DNA of 63,296 bases, the filler included, from Hyphochytrium catenoides (Eukaryota; Protista; Hyphochytriomycota): NCBI GenBank assembly GCA_900088475.1. It is 6 parts of 6 records of this genome, joined end to end, with 100 filler letters (N's around TTAATTAATTAA, not from the genome) between each part and the next. Parts side by side here need not be neighbours in the genome. Positions count along the whole stretch, not along the records: positions 13,106 to 39,832 come from FLMG01002071.1; 5 more parts are not named here. One strand, 5' to 3'. Shown piece by piece: positions 25,437 to 38,490 of the stretch. Made by a program: the position numbers and the translations under genes. Positions within the stretch are counted from its first letter, which is position 1. The number at the start of each line of letters is the position of its first letter. The notes beneath the pieces are model-generated. The model saw nothing but the letters and a program-made list of their open reading frames with translations. It ran no database searches and was not told where the DNA came from.

Positions 25437-27375
25437 TTTCTCCCGACGTTGACCGAGTCCACAATTCACGTAGCGTTTATGGTCTTTAGATCTCTGCTTC
25501 AATCGCAAGATTATACTTCGCTTAGCTCTTCGCTTTGAATGTCGTCTCTCTTTCAGATCTCTGAAGCGTCTCAAACTTGCAGAACTTCGTCTTCACCAAG
25601 CCACAGTGCCGCTTAAGTTCTTGAGGCCGGCGGGAAGCGAAGGGAACTGAAGGCCCGCAGAAGGCTGGAGAACAGCATCGATTGAGAGAGACTGAGAGAC
25701 TATCAGGCACGCGCCTGCAATGCTTGATCTCCGTAGTCTGTCCCTTGCGCAGTAGTAATACATTGCCGCTCCAGAGGACAATATGGATTATAGGTTGATG
25801 GATATAATAATGGTGGTCGAAGCTAAGGTTGCCAAGAAAAGAAATAATGTTCAGCTGCAACTTTTGTTGCTTCTGATACTACTTGTACACGTGAAGATGG
25901 TTCGTGTGAACCTTTCAAAGAAATGAAGCCTTGAAGCTTTCCCTCACAGGTTCTGATATGTCCCTTTTCTTGTGTTTATGGGGTGAAAGTCAACCAAAAA
26001 GCTTTCCTTGGCTTCTTGGTGCGTTCCTTTCGTGAATCAGCTGCTAGAATCGGTCAGTGATAAGCAAGGCACAGCGTTGTGAAATTAGGTTTCGGTCATG
26101 AATGCATGGAACATATTTATTTTAGAAAGTACACTCCTCGCTTGTCTTTCTGTAAGGCTTCCTAGCACTTACTTGAGTGGAGGAAGCTCCAAATCTGTCA
26201 AAACTCTGTTTTCAAATAATCTGCGAATCTCTGTCAAAAGAGATCTGTGTCAAAGGTGTGTCTTCTCGGCAAAGGCAGTCTCTAATCATCGACAGCAACG
26301 CCCCTTTCACGGACATCTCCGTCAGGAGGTTATGAAGCCCTTGTCTCGTTCCTATCATACACCCGCCGCGCACATTCCGGCTCTCGGTAGCTCCTTTGAT
26401 TGACGTAGGCTGGATAGAACTGCTTCACTCTCGTGTTTAAGTGCTCGAGAAGCGTGCCTAGCTAACAAGACCTAGGATGACAGTTTCGATTAAAGGAAAG
26501 GGTTAAAGACTGACGTTTCGAACAACCGCGAAGCACTCTGACGTTCAAGCGCAATAGTCGTCGCTTCAGCGGAGATATCGAGGAAGATTATCAACTTTCA
26601 AATTGGGGGTTTTGCACCATCAAGCGAGCTAAACACGTGCGCATACACCATCCGGTGACAGCTCCGGTGACTCTTGCCTGGAAGGCAAGCCTTCCCCTCG
26701 ACGGCGCTAACCGCTCAATCACAGTGTTAGCAGCCTGCACTCATGTTTTTGGTGCATCACGCTAGGGTTCAAGACTAAGGCACTCATCTCTAGTCGACAT
26801 GACTTATAAAATTGCATAACTCTGAGTGAGACTTGTCCAAAGAAGACTTTCAAAGTATCGTCTTCTTGGGCATTTCAGCTCTAGTGAATAGCAGGTCCTG
26901 CATGGCGGTACATAGTGGAAGCTATATTCTGATTGCACGATGGTGCATAGAGCAGTCTATCTGTGTGGATGACGGTATAGTTTTAAGCGCTTCAGAGCCC
27001 GACTCTTTGAGAAGTGTGATCAAAGTCTGTTGTGCTGGATTGCCAGATGTGGCTAAGGCTGACATGGATTCGCTTGATCAGTTCATTTTTCCCTGGGAAT
27101 CCAATCACGATATGGCACATGTTGTCTATGGCTGCATCTTTCTTAAAGCTCCGGACTGGCAGGAGTAAGAACGTTATAGAGCTCTGGAGGGCTAACCTAT
27201 CTCTGATGTACTTGGATGTGTTGGCTGGCCAGATAGCCAGTCGCTTACTCGTTCTCACTATAAAAGCGCTCCGCTCTCCTTAAACCGCTGGCTGAGCTGT
27301 CCTCTCAAAAGACTAAGCATAGATACCGGGCGACCACCTCGCGCTTGGTCAGCCGCAATCTTTACTGAAAACCAT

Positions 27376-29082
27376 CTACTTCTTGCCTTGGTAGTATCGT
27401 GTTTCTACAAAGGGCATCTTGACCACAGTGCATGGGTTTAGCTTTCCTCGGACACTGACTGCCAGCTCTGTGCCACTCTTCAGATGTCCCTTGGCCACGT
27501 AGCCCATGCTTATCGGACGCTTCAGACAGGGGCTCATGGTACCACTGGTCACAACCCCAACCTTCTTAGCTCCGTCTGCAGTGAAGATTTCGGCCTGCAG
27601 AGTCGAGGAGTTAGACGATGTGCACAACCCGCAGCAAAGAGAGGATTTTGCCTGCATACCCCTTCTCTAGCAGGCGCTCCATTGACAGCCAAGCCTACTC
27701 TTTTTCTCTCAAACGTTTTGTTTGTTAGTTGGTCCATGATAATGCTGTGGCCCGGGAAGCCTCCCTCTTCCCTTCGTCTTTTCCCAATAGTCCAAGCTAG
27801 ACCGGCCTAGGTATGGGGGCAAAAGGTTATGAGAGAAATTCCGGCCATGCAGGGAAGACAATGTAGTTTTTCAACCTCTATGGGCGTAGTCTCCGAAGTG
27901 ATGTCGTGGCCATGGAGACAAAGGCCGGCCTCTAGGCGTAGGCTATCTCTCGCTCCAAGCCCTGCTTCCAGCACTGTGGTGCAACATTAGAGTCAACCTT
28001 ACTGACTGAAAGGTGTGTGAGATGTAAGAGTAAGGACAGCAATACTACCTTCTTCTTCTTGCAGAATTCTTTTGACTAGCGGGATAGGGTTGCCAGAGTC
28101 AATTGAGATCTCAAAGCCGTCTTCCTCTGTGTACCCGCAGCGTGTCACTATGCAGTCCACACCCCCAACCTTTGTGTAGGTGCCAGTCATAAAGGGCATC
28201 TCTTCCAGGTCAATCTCTACGAACCGAGAGAGAACACTAGCCGCTCCTGGACCCTGCAGCGCAATCAGCGCCCTTTCGCCAAGATATTGGAGTTCCACAT
28301 CGCCATCATACTCTGACAGCGCTCTTGAGAAGGTGAGAGATCACGGATTAGCATCATGGAACGTTCTATTTAGGTCTGGGACGCTAGGCTTTTAGCCCAG
28401 ACTTACCTAAACATCAACTCCAGATCATCGGCCTTGTTGCCAGCGTTCACGACCATGTAGATATGGTCATCGGCGTTGGTTATCACGGTGTCATCAAGAA
28501 TGCCTCCTTTCTCATTCGTTATGAGGCTGAGTCTTGCCTCTCCAGGCTTCAGCCCTGCAATGTCCCCAACTACAAGCTTCTCAAGAAAATGGACTCGATC
28601 GCTGCCTTTGATGCTGGCGCAAAAAAGTACCACCTTAGTGGTTGCTTCGGTTTGGAGGAACAAGCGGGTGCTGCTTCCGACTTACACTATCTGTCCCATG
28701 TGAGAGACGTCAAATAAAGAAGCCTTTCCTGCCTCTCTGGTGTGCAAATGCGACTTGACTATGCCGTCCTTGTACTGCACAGGCATCTCATAGCCGGCGA
28801 AGGGAACCATCTAGACAAATCGAGCGTTATGAGGTGATTCAGGTTTTGAGTTTGTTTGGAAAAAATAGCACCTTGCCTCCAAGCTCAACGTGAAGGTCAT
28901 AGAGCGGAGTCCGCCGAATTGATTCCTTGAAAACATAAACTGGTTAGCGAATGCAGGACTTTAGGTGAATAACATGGTATAGTTCGCACTTGAGAGGCAG
29001 TTGCAAGGGTTCGCAGGCTAATTCCGTTGGATGACGGGTGGCCTAGGCGCCTAATGCCAGCCGCTAGCAGTGTTGAAACCAT
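27376..29082 (-). CDS. AMT: Glycine cleavage system T protein (aminomethyltransferase), mitochondrial, multi-exon
   Basis: [15 protein letters not shown]|[13 protein letters not shown]; LFDVSHMGQ; GGILDD; LIALQGP; [13 protein letters not shown]; [21 protein letters not shown]; [10 protein letters not shown]; [10 protein letters not shown]. Confidence 0.97.
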
Positions 29083-30820
29083 CGTGCTTTTCTCTTAAAT
29101 AGATTTCCTTTGAAGAGGTTCACGTGGACTGCAATGGATCGGTGAGCGGTCGAGATTATCTCCACAAGCAGGGTAGCTCCTTATACTGTGGGGAGGCTGC
29201 GAGCGGTCAGAAAGTCCTGGAACTCGTCTAAAAGGCTGTGCTATCGTGGAAAGAAGAGTACAAAGAGGAGCTGTTGCGGCGCCGAGAGGCCGTAGCTGTG
29301 GAGTTTCAGGTCTGGCACAGTCTTTGGTTGTCTGGTCTGCCCTTCAGCTCAGGGGTTGGACTGCAGTCTCTAGTACCTTGTCTCCTTCATATCTTCTTCA
29401 ACGGGTAAATTCACACTGCAGTTTAGACTGCTACTATCGCAATTTCCACTGTATATCCTATGTCAATTATATTTGCCCACCATAGATGCAGAGTACAAGT
29501 AAAATGTTCAACAAATTCGCTTGTTTTTTGACAAAGGGGCTTCCTGACAAGAGAAACTCATCCTTCATAGCATGATCATCCATCATCATCATCACGATCA
29601 CGATCACGGTGGTGGTGGTGTTGCAGCTTCTTGGTACTTCTTCGGCTGCTGCAGCTATCTCTCCTACAGCGCAGAAACCAAGGAGAAGAGTTCAAGACAC
29701 ATATCAGCTACGACATTGAGGAGGTGACACGCCATTGTTCTTCTGTTCTGCTCAACGCCGTCGTCAATCCAAACAACAATAATAGTCGAGTAGTAGGCTA
29801 CTAGTGCGTGTTTATCATCAACCACCTGTACTGGCGGAGTCCATCGTCCATAACATTGTACTGCTACTATCTCCAGCTGAAAAGCATAATAAACAAACAT
29901 AGTAAAACTCTGCTGTCACCTATAATAGTAACCAGTTCCATAAGCAGCAGCATCCTCCTCCTTCTTGCTCTTCTTCTTCATCATTCAGACAGCCATACCT
30001 GTAACATTATCTTCCCTCGCTCTTCTTGTGAACAAGATGTTAATTGTGCTCTCTTCTGGCCCTTCTGCTCTTCCTTATTGTCCTGGTGGATTCTTGGTAG
30101 CGCTAATGCTGCTCTCCTCCTCCATCACCATCATTATTTACTACCATCATCATCAACATCATCACAATGAGCGGCAATACTATACTGTATCTATCGGCCC
30201 TTTAAAAGGGGTTACCGCGACGAAGCTTAACAGAAGAGGGGGTTTAACAGGTTTGGTGGTTTGTAAGGTGGCCCTTATAGAGGTCAGGCCATAGTTCCCC
30301 GGATAGAGAAGCAAAGATCTCTCTCAAACTTTCTGATTCTTGGTTCTAGGATACTCCTCTCTTCTGCTCATTCTGTCGGCCCTCCGTCCGTGCTCGCGTG
30401 CTGCTGCTGCTCATCATTCTTAGCTCTTCAGCGACAGCATCGATCAACCGAAGGGTCGTCAGTGATCGTGCAACGCCATCGCTAGAGCCCGAAACGCTAG
30501 GCTTGTTTATCAAGGAGCGTGTCAGGTAGGTAGTCGTAGCTCTGTCTACCTGTTTGCCAGGGAGTGGATAGGGGTGATTGTGCGCCTTTTCTCTTCGTAG
30601 GCGGGCCGCTTCTTTTACCTCCTTGAAAGTCCGTTCTGGCACCATCGCTTCTATTTTTGGATACCTCTTTGCGCTCTCTCTGTCCCATCCCTTGACCATA
30701 TTGGTTAACCAGCCTACCACGTCTATGTCTAATGATTCGATATCGACCTGAAGCTTGACTGCGGAGTAGGTATTGAAGAGCGCTTGAGGGAAACAGGCCA
30801 CGCTCATAACAGAACAAGCG

Positions 30821-31522
30821 ATGTTGCCTGGCTTTGACATCTTGCCGGCGTCCTTGGACCCAAGCTTGCGCATGTTCATCTATATTCTTATGCTTCTGCA
30901 CCTCGGAGCATTCATATCCTNNNNNNNNNNNNNNNNNNNNNNNNNNNNNNNNNTTTTTCTTTACTTTTGTCAAAGGCGGTTCTCGATTTCTCTCTCTTTC
31001 TTTCTTGGTATATGGCCTTCCCCTTCATCTGAGTCCCTGCAAAGTTTCAGACATGTTTGGCCTTAACTTCCCGCACTTCTTCTGGCTTGCATCTGTCTTT
31101 ACGGACAAGAAGCGTCAGTCTGGATGGGGACGAGGAGTGGATGAGAAGAAGAAGAGATAGAAGGTCATACTCTTAGGCGAAGAACTTGGCCAACTTTCAC
31201 GTAGCGTACTGAGCGCAGGTGGCGGAAACTGTAGGGTGAGAAAGGAGAGGAAGACAAAGATAAGGAGAGTGGGCTGTGTAGCAGCAGAGGACCGCAACAA
31301 AGGAAAAGCAGTGCCAGATGGAATGTAGAACGATGCGGCCAATTGAGGACAAAACGCAATGGTAGCAGTAGAGGGCCATCGTTGACTTCTTAATGACTTC
31401 ATGTAGTACATCCTCCTCACAAACACATCTGCTGCACTATAAAGTGGGCTCTTTCGGCTCCACGCAGAATTGCAACAAGTGAATGGTATGACGACGGTCG
31501 GAGGAAGACGCGCGCGAAGTAA
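30821..31522 (+). CDS. Hypothetical small membrane protein (about 55 aa, spliced, interrupted by an N gap)
   Basis: MLPGFDILPASLDPSLRMFIYILMLLHLGAFI runs into the gap at 30921. A downstream CAG acceptor (31465-31467) gives the exon (R)IATSEWYDDGRRKTRAK*. The join is inferred. Confidence 0.4.
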
Positions 31523-31571
31523 CAGAGGAAAGAGGAGAAAATGTTAAAGATAGAGGAGAGCAGAAAAATAG

Positions 31572-32271
31572 CTAACTGGACTCTCCAGGCAGCTTGAGGC
31601 CGTTGTCAGGGAGGATTGGCTGGGTGGTTGGAGGTGGAGGATTCTCCCAGAGGCGCCATTCTTTAGTCGAGAGAGAGTGTTTGAGCATGGCATCATTCAG
31701 CCATAGTGGGCAGAAAGAGAAGGAAGGGAAGGAACATCAGCTTCAAAAAATGATAGCTTCAAAGGTCGACTATGAGCCATACCAGCATATTTGTCTATCA
31801 GCTTCATCTCGTCCTCTGCCTGAACAATAAGTTCTTCAATCTGGCCTCCTCGGATGGCCGCCTCGATATCACGTATCTAGTGGCGAGAGATTGTTAGAAA
31901 TCAAAAGCTAGATTTCTTTCAACAATCCAGAAGACAGACACAGGCTGAAGTAACAGAGGCCAGCACAGTGACAGCAAAGACTTACATCTTCATATTTCTC
32001 GCACTGTGCGAGTCTAAATTTGGTGAACTTCTCTACGCTCTGACGATAGAAAACATCCGAAGGCAGGCGCTGTACAATGTAAAGAAAGCTTTATCTCAGA
32101 AATTGCTCTGCTCAAAAAGCCGTACAAAGGAAGACTTACAGTGGCAACATGGTCAAGTGTCTTTCTGTAAAGCTCAATAAGCTCCTGACGGCCATTAGGT
32201 CTGACTTCCAAACCAACAATACCCGTGCTGGACTTCACAAAGGCGCTCAAACTTCTCGTAGCCCTAAACAT
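31572..32271 (-). CDS. NDUFA5: NADH:ubiquinone oxidoreductase B13 subunit (complex I), 4 exons
   Basis: Spliced: MFRATR..KSSTGIVGLEVRPNGRQELIELYRKTL|RLPSDVFYRQSVEKFTKFRL|IRDIEAAIRGGQIEELIVQAEDEMKLIDKYA|EWRLWE; stop TAG at 31572. Confidence 0.95.
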
Positions 32272-32858
32272 GGTACTATATACCTCTTGGTAAAGCTCCA
32301 AGACACTGCAAGGTGCTACGCCTTCGCCCTTCAGCCTTCACTGGAACTTCTTGCGACGATGACCTATCGACAATGGTTGTCTGGGATCTCTGTTTATCCA
32401 TCTGCAATCTTCAGCAGATTATTGGGCCAGTCAATAATACTCAGGAGGAACCACTTCCAGACAAAAATCTGCCATGTTTCATACTGAGACAGAGAATCAA
32501 TAAAAGGATTTTGGATGAGGTAACTAATTTGTAGGTTTTTCTCTAGAGGCCGCCGTTAGCGGTCACAATTAGCGTTACAAGGTGGAGCGGAGACGCAATA
32601 ATCTCTGTCTGTGCTCTTCGGAAGTCTGGGACTATGGACGACAGATCAAGGTCCTTTGGCTCTGCATTGCGATATCAGCGACCCTTTCAATTGGCTTCTT
32701 GCACTTCCTGAGCCCGTGTCTATAAGTGTTGGTTCTTCTGGCAAACTCTTGCTAGCAAAGAGATGAAGAGTAGAGTTACGGAGTGGGATTAGGCTTGCTA
32801 ATGTCCGGGGAGGTCTAAGGTCCCTCGCTTGGAGAGAGCACATACTCTTGTCCCAAGG

Positions 32859-34806
32859 ATGGATGGCTTAGAAGATGATGGCGATGACTTTCTAAAGTCT
32901 GGATCTCTTGAAAGTCTACCTGCTCGCTCTTTATTATGGACCCAGATCAAGAGGAAACTCCATCCCGCAGAAGTTTATGAGGTCAAAAGAATGCTCGGAG
33001 AGAGGCTGATAGACAAGAACCAGGTATCTTGGGGCTCCACGGAGAGGCGCAGCTTCCTCATTGTCAATACCAAGGGCCTTTTATCACCTTGATCTCAGAC
33101 CTAGACCTGAACACGCCTAATTCTTTATAGGAGCTGTTCGAAGAGGCCCAGAATCTGTCATCGATTCTCTCGGAGTTCCAGGCGCAGAATCAGCAGCTCC
33201 GGGTTAGTCTACCTTCATCGTACCTGCCGCCTATGCTAGTTAGCATCATCATCGGCTCTTGGGGTTGCACGATACTGCCTTTCTTTGTCTGCTAATTGTC
33301 TTGTCATTCGTTCTCTCTCTTCCTCCTGAGGCGTGCTCTTCCATGTCTTCAAATGCATCTTTACTTTGTCTTTCCCTTGTTCGTTCATTCCTCTTCAGCA
33401 TCACATACACAGTGGATAGATCTCTTTCTGGCTCTAGACTTACATCTTATCTCCCGATAGAGGAAAGTGACAGAGCACTTGGCATTGCAAGACACCCCCG
33501 CGAGGAAGCTCCTGGAGCACCAGATTCGTATATTTATTGAGTCTTTGCAGGCAAAGAATGCCAGCAAACTCTCACTTATCATGGAGAACACCTCAGACAG
33601 AGCCATCTTGCAGTACATTTGTCATCCCAAGCCACCCTCAGCACCAAGTACCGGCAGGATGGAAGAAGATCCAACAAGAAGAGGGAGCGGAGAAGACTCT
33701 GTTCTGTCTCCTCGGGCACCTGCTTCCATGGGCCTTCGAAGGGGGATAACACCCCGCCTCCCGTTGACAGAGAGGACAGAGAGACCAGGAACCGCAATAT
33801 CTACATTATCAGCGCCAGATATCTTGCAATCTGTACGTGGAGCCAAACGATGTCGCACCGTCTCATCCTCCACATCTCTGCTGTTCCTTGGTCACTCCAA
33901 CGGAGTTCTATCCTCCTTTCTCCACACATTCTCTCTCTGTCTTTATCTCACATCCTTCTATATCCTTGCCTCTTCGCTGATTAAAGTTCTTCTTGGTGCA
34001 ACAATTCCCTGTCTGTCCTGTTAGGACACTCTGACCATCGAAACCGTGGAATCGGCGATCTCCGCTATCCGCTCAGCTTTCAAAGAGGAGACAGACAGAC
34101 TCGAAGAAGACATTGAGTTCTTGCAGGTAAAGCAAGCTCTTTGGTTTTACTCAGTAATCCTTAGGTAAGTAATGGCCCTTACTGCTAGATGGCACTGGAG
34201 GAGGAGACGGAAGAGAAAGCCGAGGCGGAGCCCGTCCTTCCTGAGCTAAAGGAGGTCCAGAGTCTGAAGTCCAAGCTCGAACAGACTCTCAAGCAGGAGG
34301 TAAGCTCTACCGCCTACTTTTCCCTGTCTCAGCAGTCATTCCCCGGGTGGCCCTCTCTTCTCTGCCACTTGCTCCTCCTTATAGTTCCGCCACTCACTCT
34401 TAACCGTTGCACCTCATTTCTTCCTCGTCTTCATCATCTAGGAGGTATTAGAAGAAATGGACAAGCGACTTAGCCTTGGAGATGAGGTCAAGCACCATCA
34501 CAAGTTCCTGCGACCTCTTAGGTGAATTCTCCTTCTAATGTCTGAACCTGAGAAGAGGTTCTAGCAGCGCTAATTCTGCCATTCTTTCTCTCGCTCTTTT
34601 GCTGGCGATTCCCTAGCGACGTGAAGCCAGCAGGTAGCTTAGGTTTAGATGCGCCGTCAAGCCCAAAGGTTCACACTGTGAGGCCCCCAGACAGTCCCAA
34701 GGACAAAGGCAGGGAAATGAGTGCGCCAGAGGTGAAGAAGAGCAGCGTCGCCAGAATGCGCGGGCTTGTACAGGACAGGAGAGATGAGGAGTACTTCCTA
34801 ATATAA
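32859..34806 (+). CDS. CCDC24-like coiled-coil protein, multi-exon
   Basis: SLLWTQIKRKLHPAEVYEVKRMLGERLIDKNQ|ELFEEAQNLSSILSEFQ, TPARKLLEHQIRIFIESL, IRSAFKEETDRLEEDIEFLQ|MALEEE and PELKEVQSLKSKLE resemble the CCDC24 family pattern. GT-AG junctions are consistent. Confidence 0.7.
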
Positions 34807-34987
34807 GAAGTGCATTAGAATACGCTTGCTTGCTATGCCGAATAAGGGACGGGAACTGGGAAGGACGGGGTTGCTTTGTGGGCTCACCTCTATTAATCAT
34901 CCTCTCTCGATAGCGTTACCATGTTGTCGAAGACGGCTGGAACGGCTTTGCTAGGGTGCTAAGGCTGCGTAGCCAGAAGAAACGTTA

Positions 34988-37689
34988 TTAGAATAAGAAC
35001 CTTGAGAGTGAAATATGGGAGGGAGCGTGGCATAGCAGTGTCCGAGACACAAGAGAAGGATGTCGCTATGCGGGGGAAGTACGACAGGAGGAAGACGGTG
35101 CTACGGCGTTGGTAACACAGAAGGGGAAGTGATGATGGCATAAATGGCAGAGTTCGTACCTCGACTGCTTACTATAGAGCTCTGCGTCCAACTCTACAGC
35201 GGCCAGCTCGTCTAAGTGGTCCCGACTATAGCTCAGTGGTAGGCCCAACGTGGAGGACGAGGATGGCTGTGTACGGGTTCCCCAAGGATTCTGGAAAGAA
35301 GAGAGAGTAGAAGAGATATCAACCGCAGCCTCCTCCCCAGAGAGAGAGACTGATGGATTTGGTCCATCTTCTTCACGCCTCCCATTTTCATCTGGTGTTG
35401 CTGTCATATTGGAGATGCTCGTGAAAGCATTGAAGAGTTCCTCTCTCTTCGCCGTAACCACACCACCTCTAGACTCAATCGGTAGCGCTGAGGAGACCGC
35501 AGAGGGAGGGAGTGATGAAGGAAGAGAGAGAGACCACCGGCCAGCGAAGGGATCAGAGGAGGGTGCTCTATCGCTCCACGTGTTGCCCGTCTCCAGCACA
35601 AGAGGCGATGCTGCTGGGTGAGCCATAGAAAAAGTGTCCCAGTCCATCTGCGCCATTGTCTGACGGCCCTTGGAGTCTGTCATTGATGATTTCGGTTGGG
35701 CTGTAGGCAAGAAATCGAGAAAGGAAAGGATTTAGATGGCGTCGAGGCACACTCATGAAGCCAGAGGCAATCAACAACAGAGAAGGGGGCAGCCAAGTAC
35801 CGAGTAAAGCGAGTTCTCCTTCATACCAACAGGGACAGAGCTAGTAGAATCTCAGGATCAAAAGTAAGAAAAGGAAGTGCTGGGACGCAAAAACGCAATA
35901 GTGGAGAGATGGCGTTAGGAAGTGTATACTTTGTGCCCTGGAGATGTGCCTCGAGAACGAGGGGCGAAAGACGATGACTTCATCGTCTATTGCTTGGACA
36001 TCTCCCTCTCCCTTCAGAGAATCTCCTTCGTTGTTTAGCTCTGAAACGTCCATCTCGCTTACGGCTTCAAAGGATGGTAGACTGCAGTCCATCTCGACCT
36101 CTTCTTCCCTTTCCAGGCTCCCCTCCCGCTTTTGTTCTCTTCTAAGAGCCGTAACAGGCACCCAGAGTTTCCCGCTAGAAGTACGCTTAGCCCCTGGCAG
36201 ATAGTACTGGGAAGCACTCTTATCCCAGTATAACAGTGTCTCACCCCGCTATCATAGCGCGGGAAATACGATACCGGGATAGGAGAAAGAGGTAAAGAAT
36301 GAGATCTCCTGGAGTCAACGCTCAAGCAGAGAAGAAGTAGGATAGGAAGTTATCGACGAGACATAGCAAGACGGAGCAGCTGCTACAAGCTCTGGCAGCA
36401 TTGCTGGAGCAATAGCTGCATGGCAAACAGACAATAAAAAGGGATGGAGAAGGAAGAGGACTACGAAAGAGCAGAGTGTCGAACAGCAGAATCAAAAGAC
36501 ACCTGTGGAGATGAAGTGAGCCACTGTCCTAGGAAGACGATCTTCTTCATTCTGATTGTGAAGGCTTGGTCCTCTCTCAGAGCTTTGTCAGGCCTCTTAT
36601 GGTTAGGAGTGGGCGAATAGAGCGGCACGAGAGGCAAGAAGCCTCGCAGCTCTAGCTCTTCCCTCAAGGGCTGTCCTTGCCTGCTCTGCCATGCAGGATC
36701 TTTCATCTTCAGGAAAGAAGAAAATCAAGTAAGGGGACGGAACAAGAAGCAAGCCGATAGCAGAGTAGAAGTGGAACAGTCAACCAGAGTAAAAGCACAC
36801 ACGCCAGAACAGTGCGGGAAACGAACTGACACACCTTTCCACTCCCAATAAGAGGCAAAATGCTGTTCAGAAGCCCAACAAATGCCTCTATAAACTTCTG
36901 ACGTGCTGTCTTCACCGCAGAAGAAGACAAGTCTCCCTCATCCGTAACAGCTAACAATGGCGGCGAGAGGCGCAACCAGTCGCAGAAGACTGAGAAGGGC
37001 CCAAAGACAGCCGGTGCAGTGGAAACCGGCGATGGTCCTGGCTTCCCGCTCTCTTTGCTATCTTTCGCTTTGGGATCGCAGTGCTTGGCTAGGACAGAAG
37101 CAAACTCCAGTGCAAGGCTCAGAGCAAAGCGGCGAAAGGGCTTGGAGGTGTCTTGTTGACTAACCGAGGACAAGGACGACAGCGGGAGGGCATCCGACAG
37201 TAACAGTTAGCACTGCCTGCCAGAAAGGAGGGGCAACAGACATAGAGGAGAGAGCGAGAGAGAGAGAGAGAAGGATATACTTGACCAGAAAGGGTAGAGA
37301 TACTGGCGAGCAATCCGCAGAAAGAGAGGAGTGCAAGATAGATGCGACGGGATATGAAGGACCAGAGTCTCCACTTTACCTATAAACAACAGAAAAGATG
37401 CATATGATAGCCATTTTTAGTAGCAAGTTGTCACCAACGGCGCCCAACTGCAGCAGCTTGGAGAGATCGTTCAGCACGTACTGGCAACCGGCCAAGAAGA
37501 CAGAAGGAGAGATCTCTCCCTCCCACTCTTTTCGGAACAAAATGCCATGCAGGCGAACGAAGCGAAAGAGGACGGACTTTAACAATTGGTTCTTCTCTTT
37601 CCCACGGATATTTCGCTTTTTGCTTGACGGCTGTAAAAGAGCATACAACGAGGAAATTAGCCTGGAGGCACCATCACAATCCAAAAGTT

Positions 37690-37727
<38 letters not shown>

Positions 37728-38456
37728 ATTATTCACTCTCCTCAGTCTCTCCCGCATTTCTTGTAAGTCTAAGGCTCCATCCCTAGGATGTAAAACACTA
37801 CCTCTGATTCTAGAGTCGACACACGCTGCTTGTTCTTCTCAAAAAGCAGGATTAGGTTCTCTGTCGCGGTAGCAAAGGGAAACGCCACGAGGAGGCTCCT
37901 GCAATAGCGATAGACCTACCAAAGCTAGGCAGTAAGAAGAGGGACTTACTAAGTTGAAGATGTCAATGCAACTTACCGCCACACATTCCGCATCAACGTA
38001 CGTGGCCAACACCGCCAACTGATTGTGAGGATTCCCATTTTCCGGGACCACCTGTATCGCTCTATGATAGTAACTCTCCGCCCCACTCCAGTCCTTCTCT
38101 CGCCTCTCGCTATGCAGCTCTCTGTAGCGGGCAAGGTCTCCCAAGAATATGAGACAACGATGGCAGCTGTGCTGCAGACGGACGCTAGCCACTGCCTCTC
38201 CCCCTTCTCGCCCATCCCTAAGGCTCTGCAGAGAAGCTTGGAACCGTCCCAGCAGCCGCTCATAGAAAGCTGTAGCCTTGGCCAAGAAGTGCCTGAAGGA
38301 CTCGATCACCTGCTGCAGGTAACGCCGCGCCTCCTCGTTCGTCGATGCTGCGGCCGCATACTGCGGAATATGGGGAAATAGAATAAGCGCGGTAATCAAG
38401 ATAGGAACTGAGAGCGAAAGACGGAGGGAGAACAAATCAAAGCCCGGTCACTTTAG

Positions 38457-38490
<34 letters not shown>

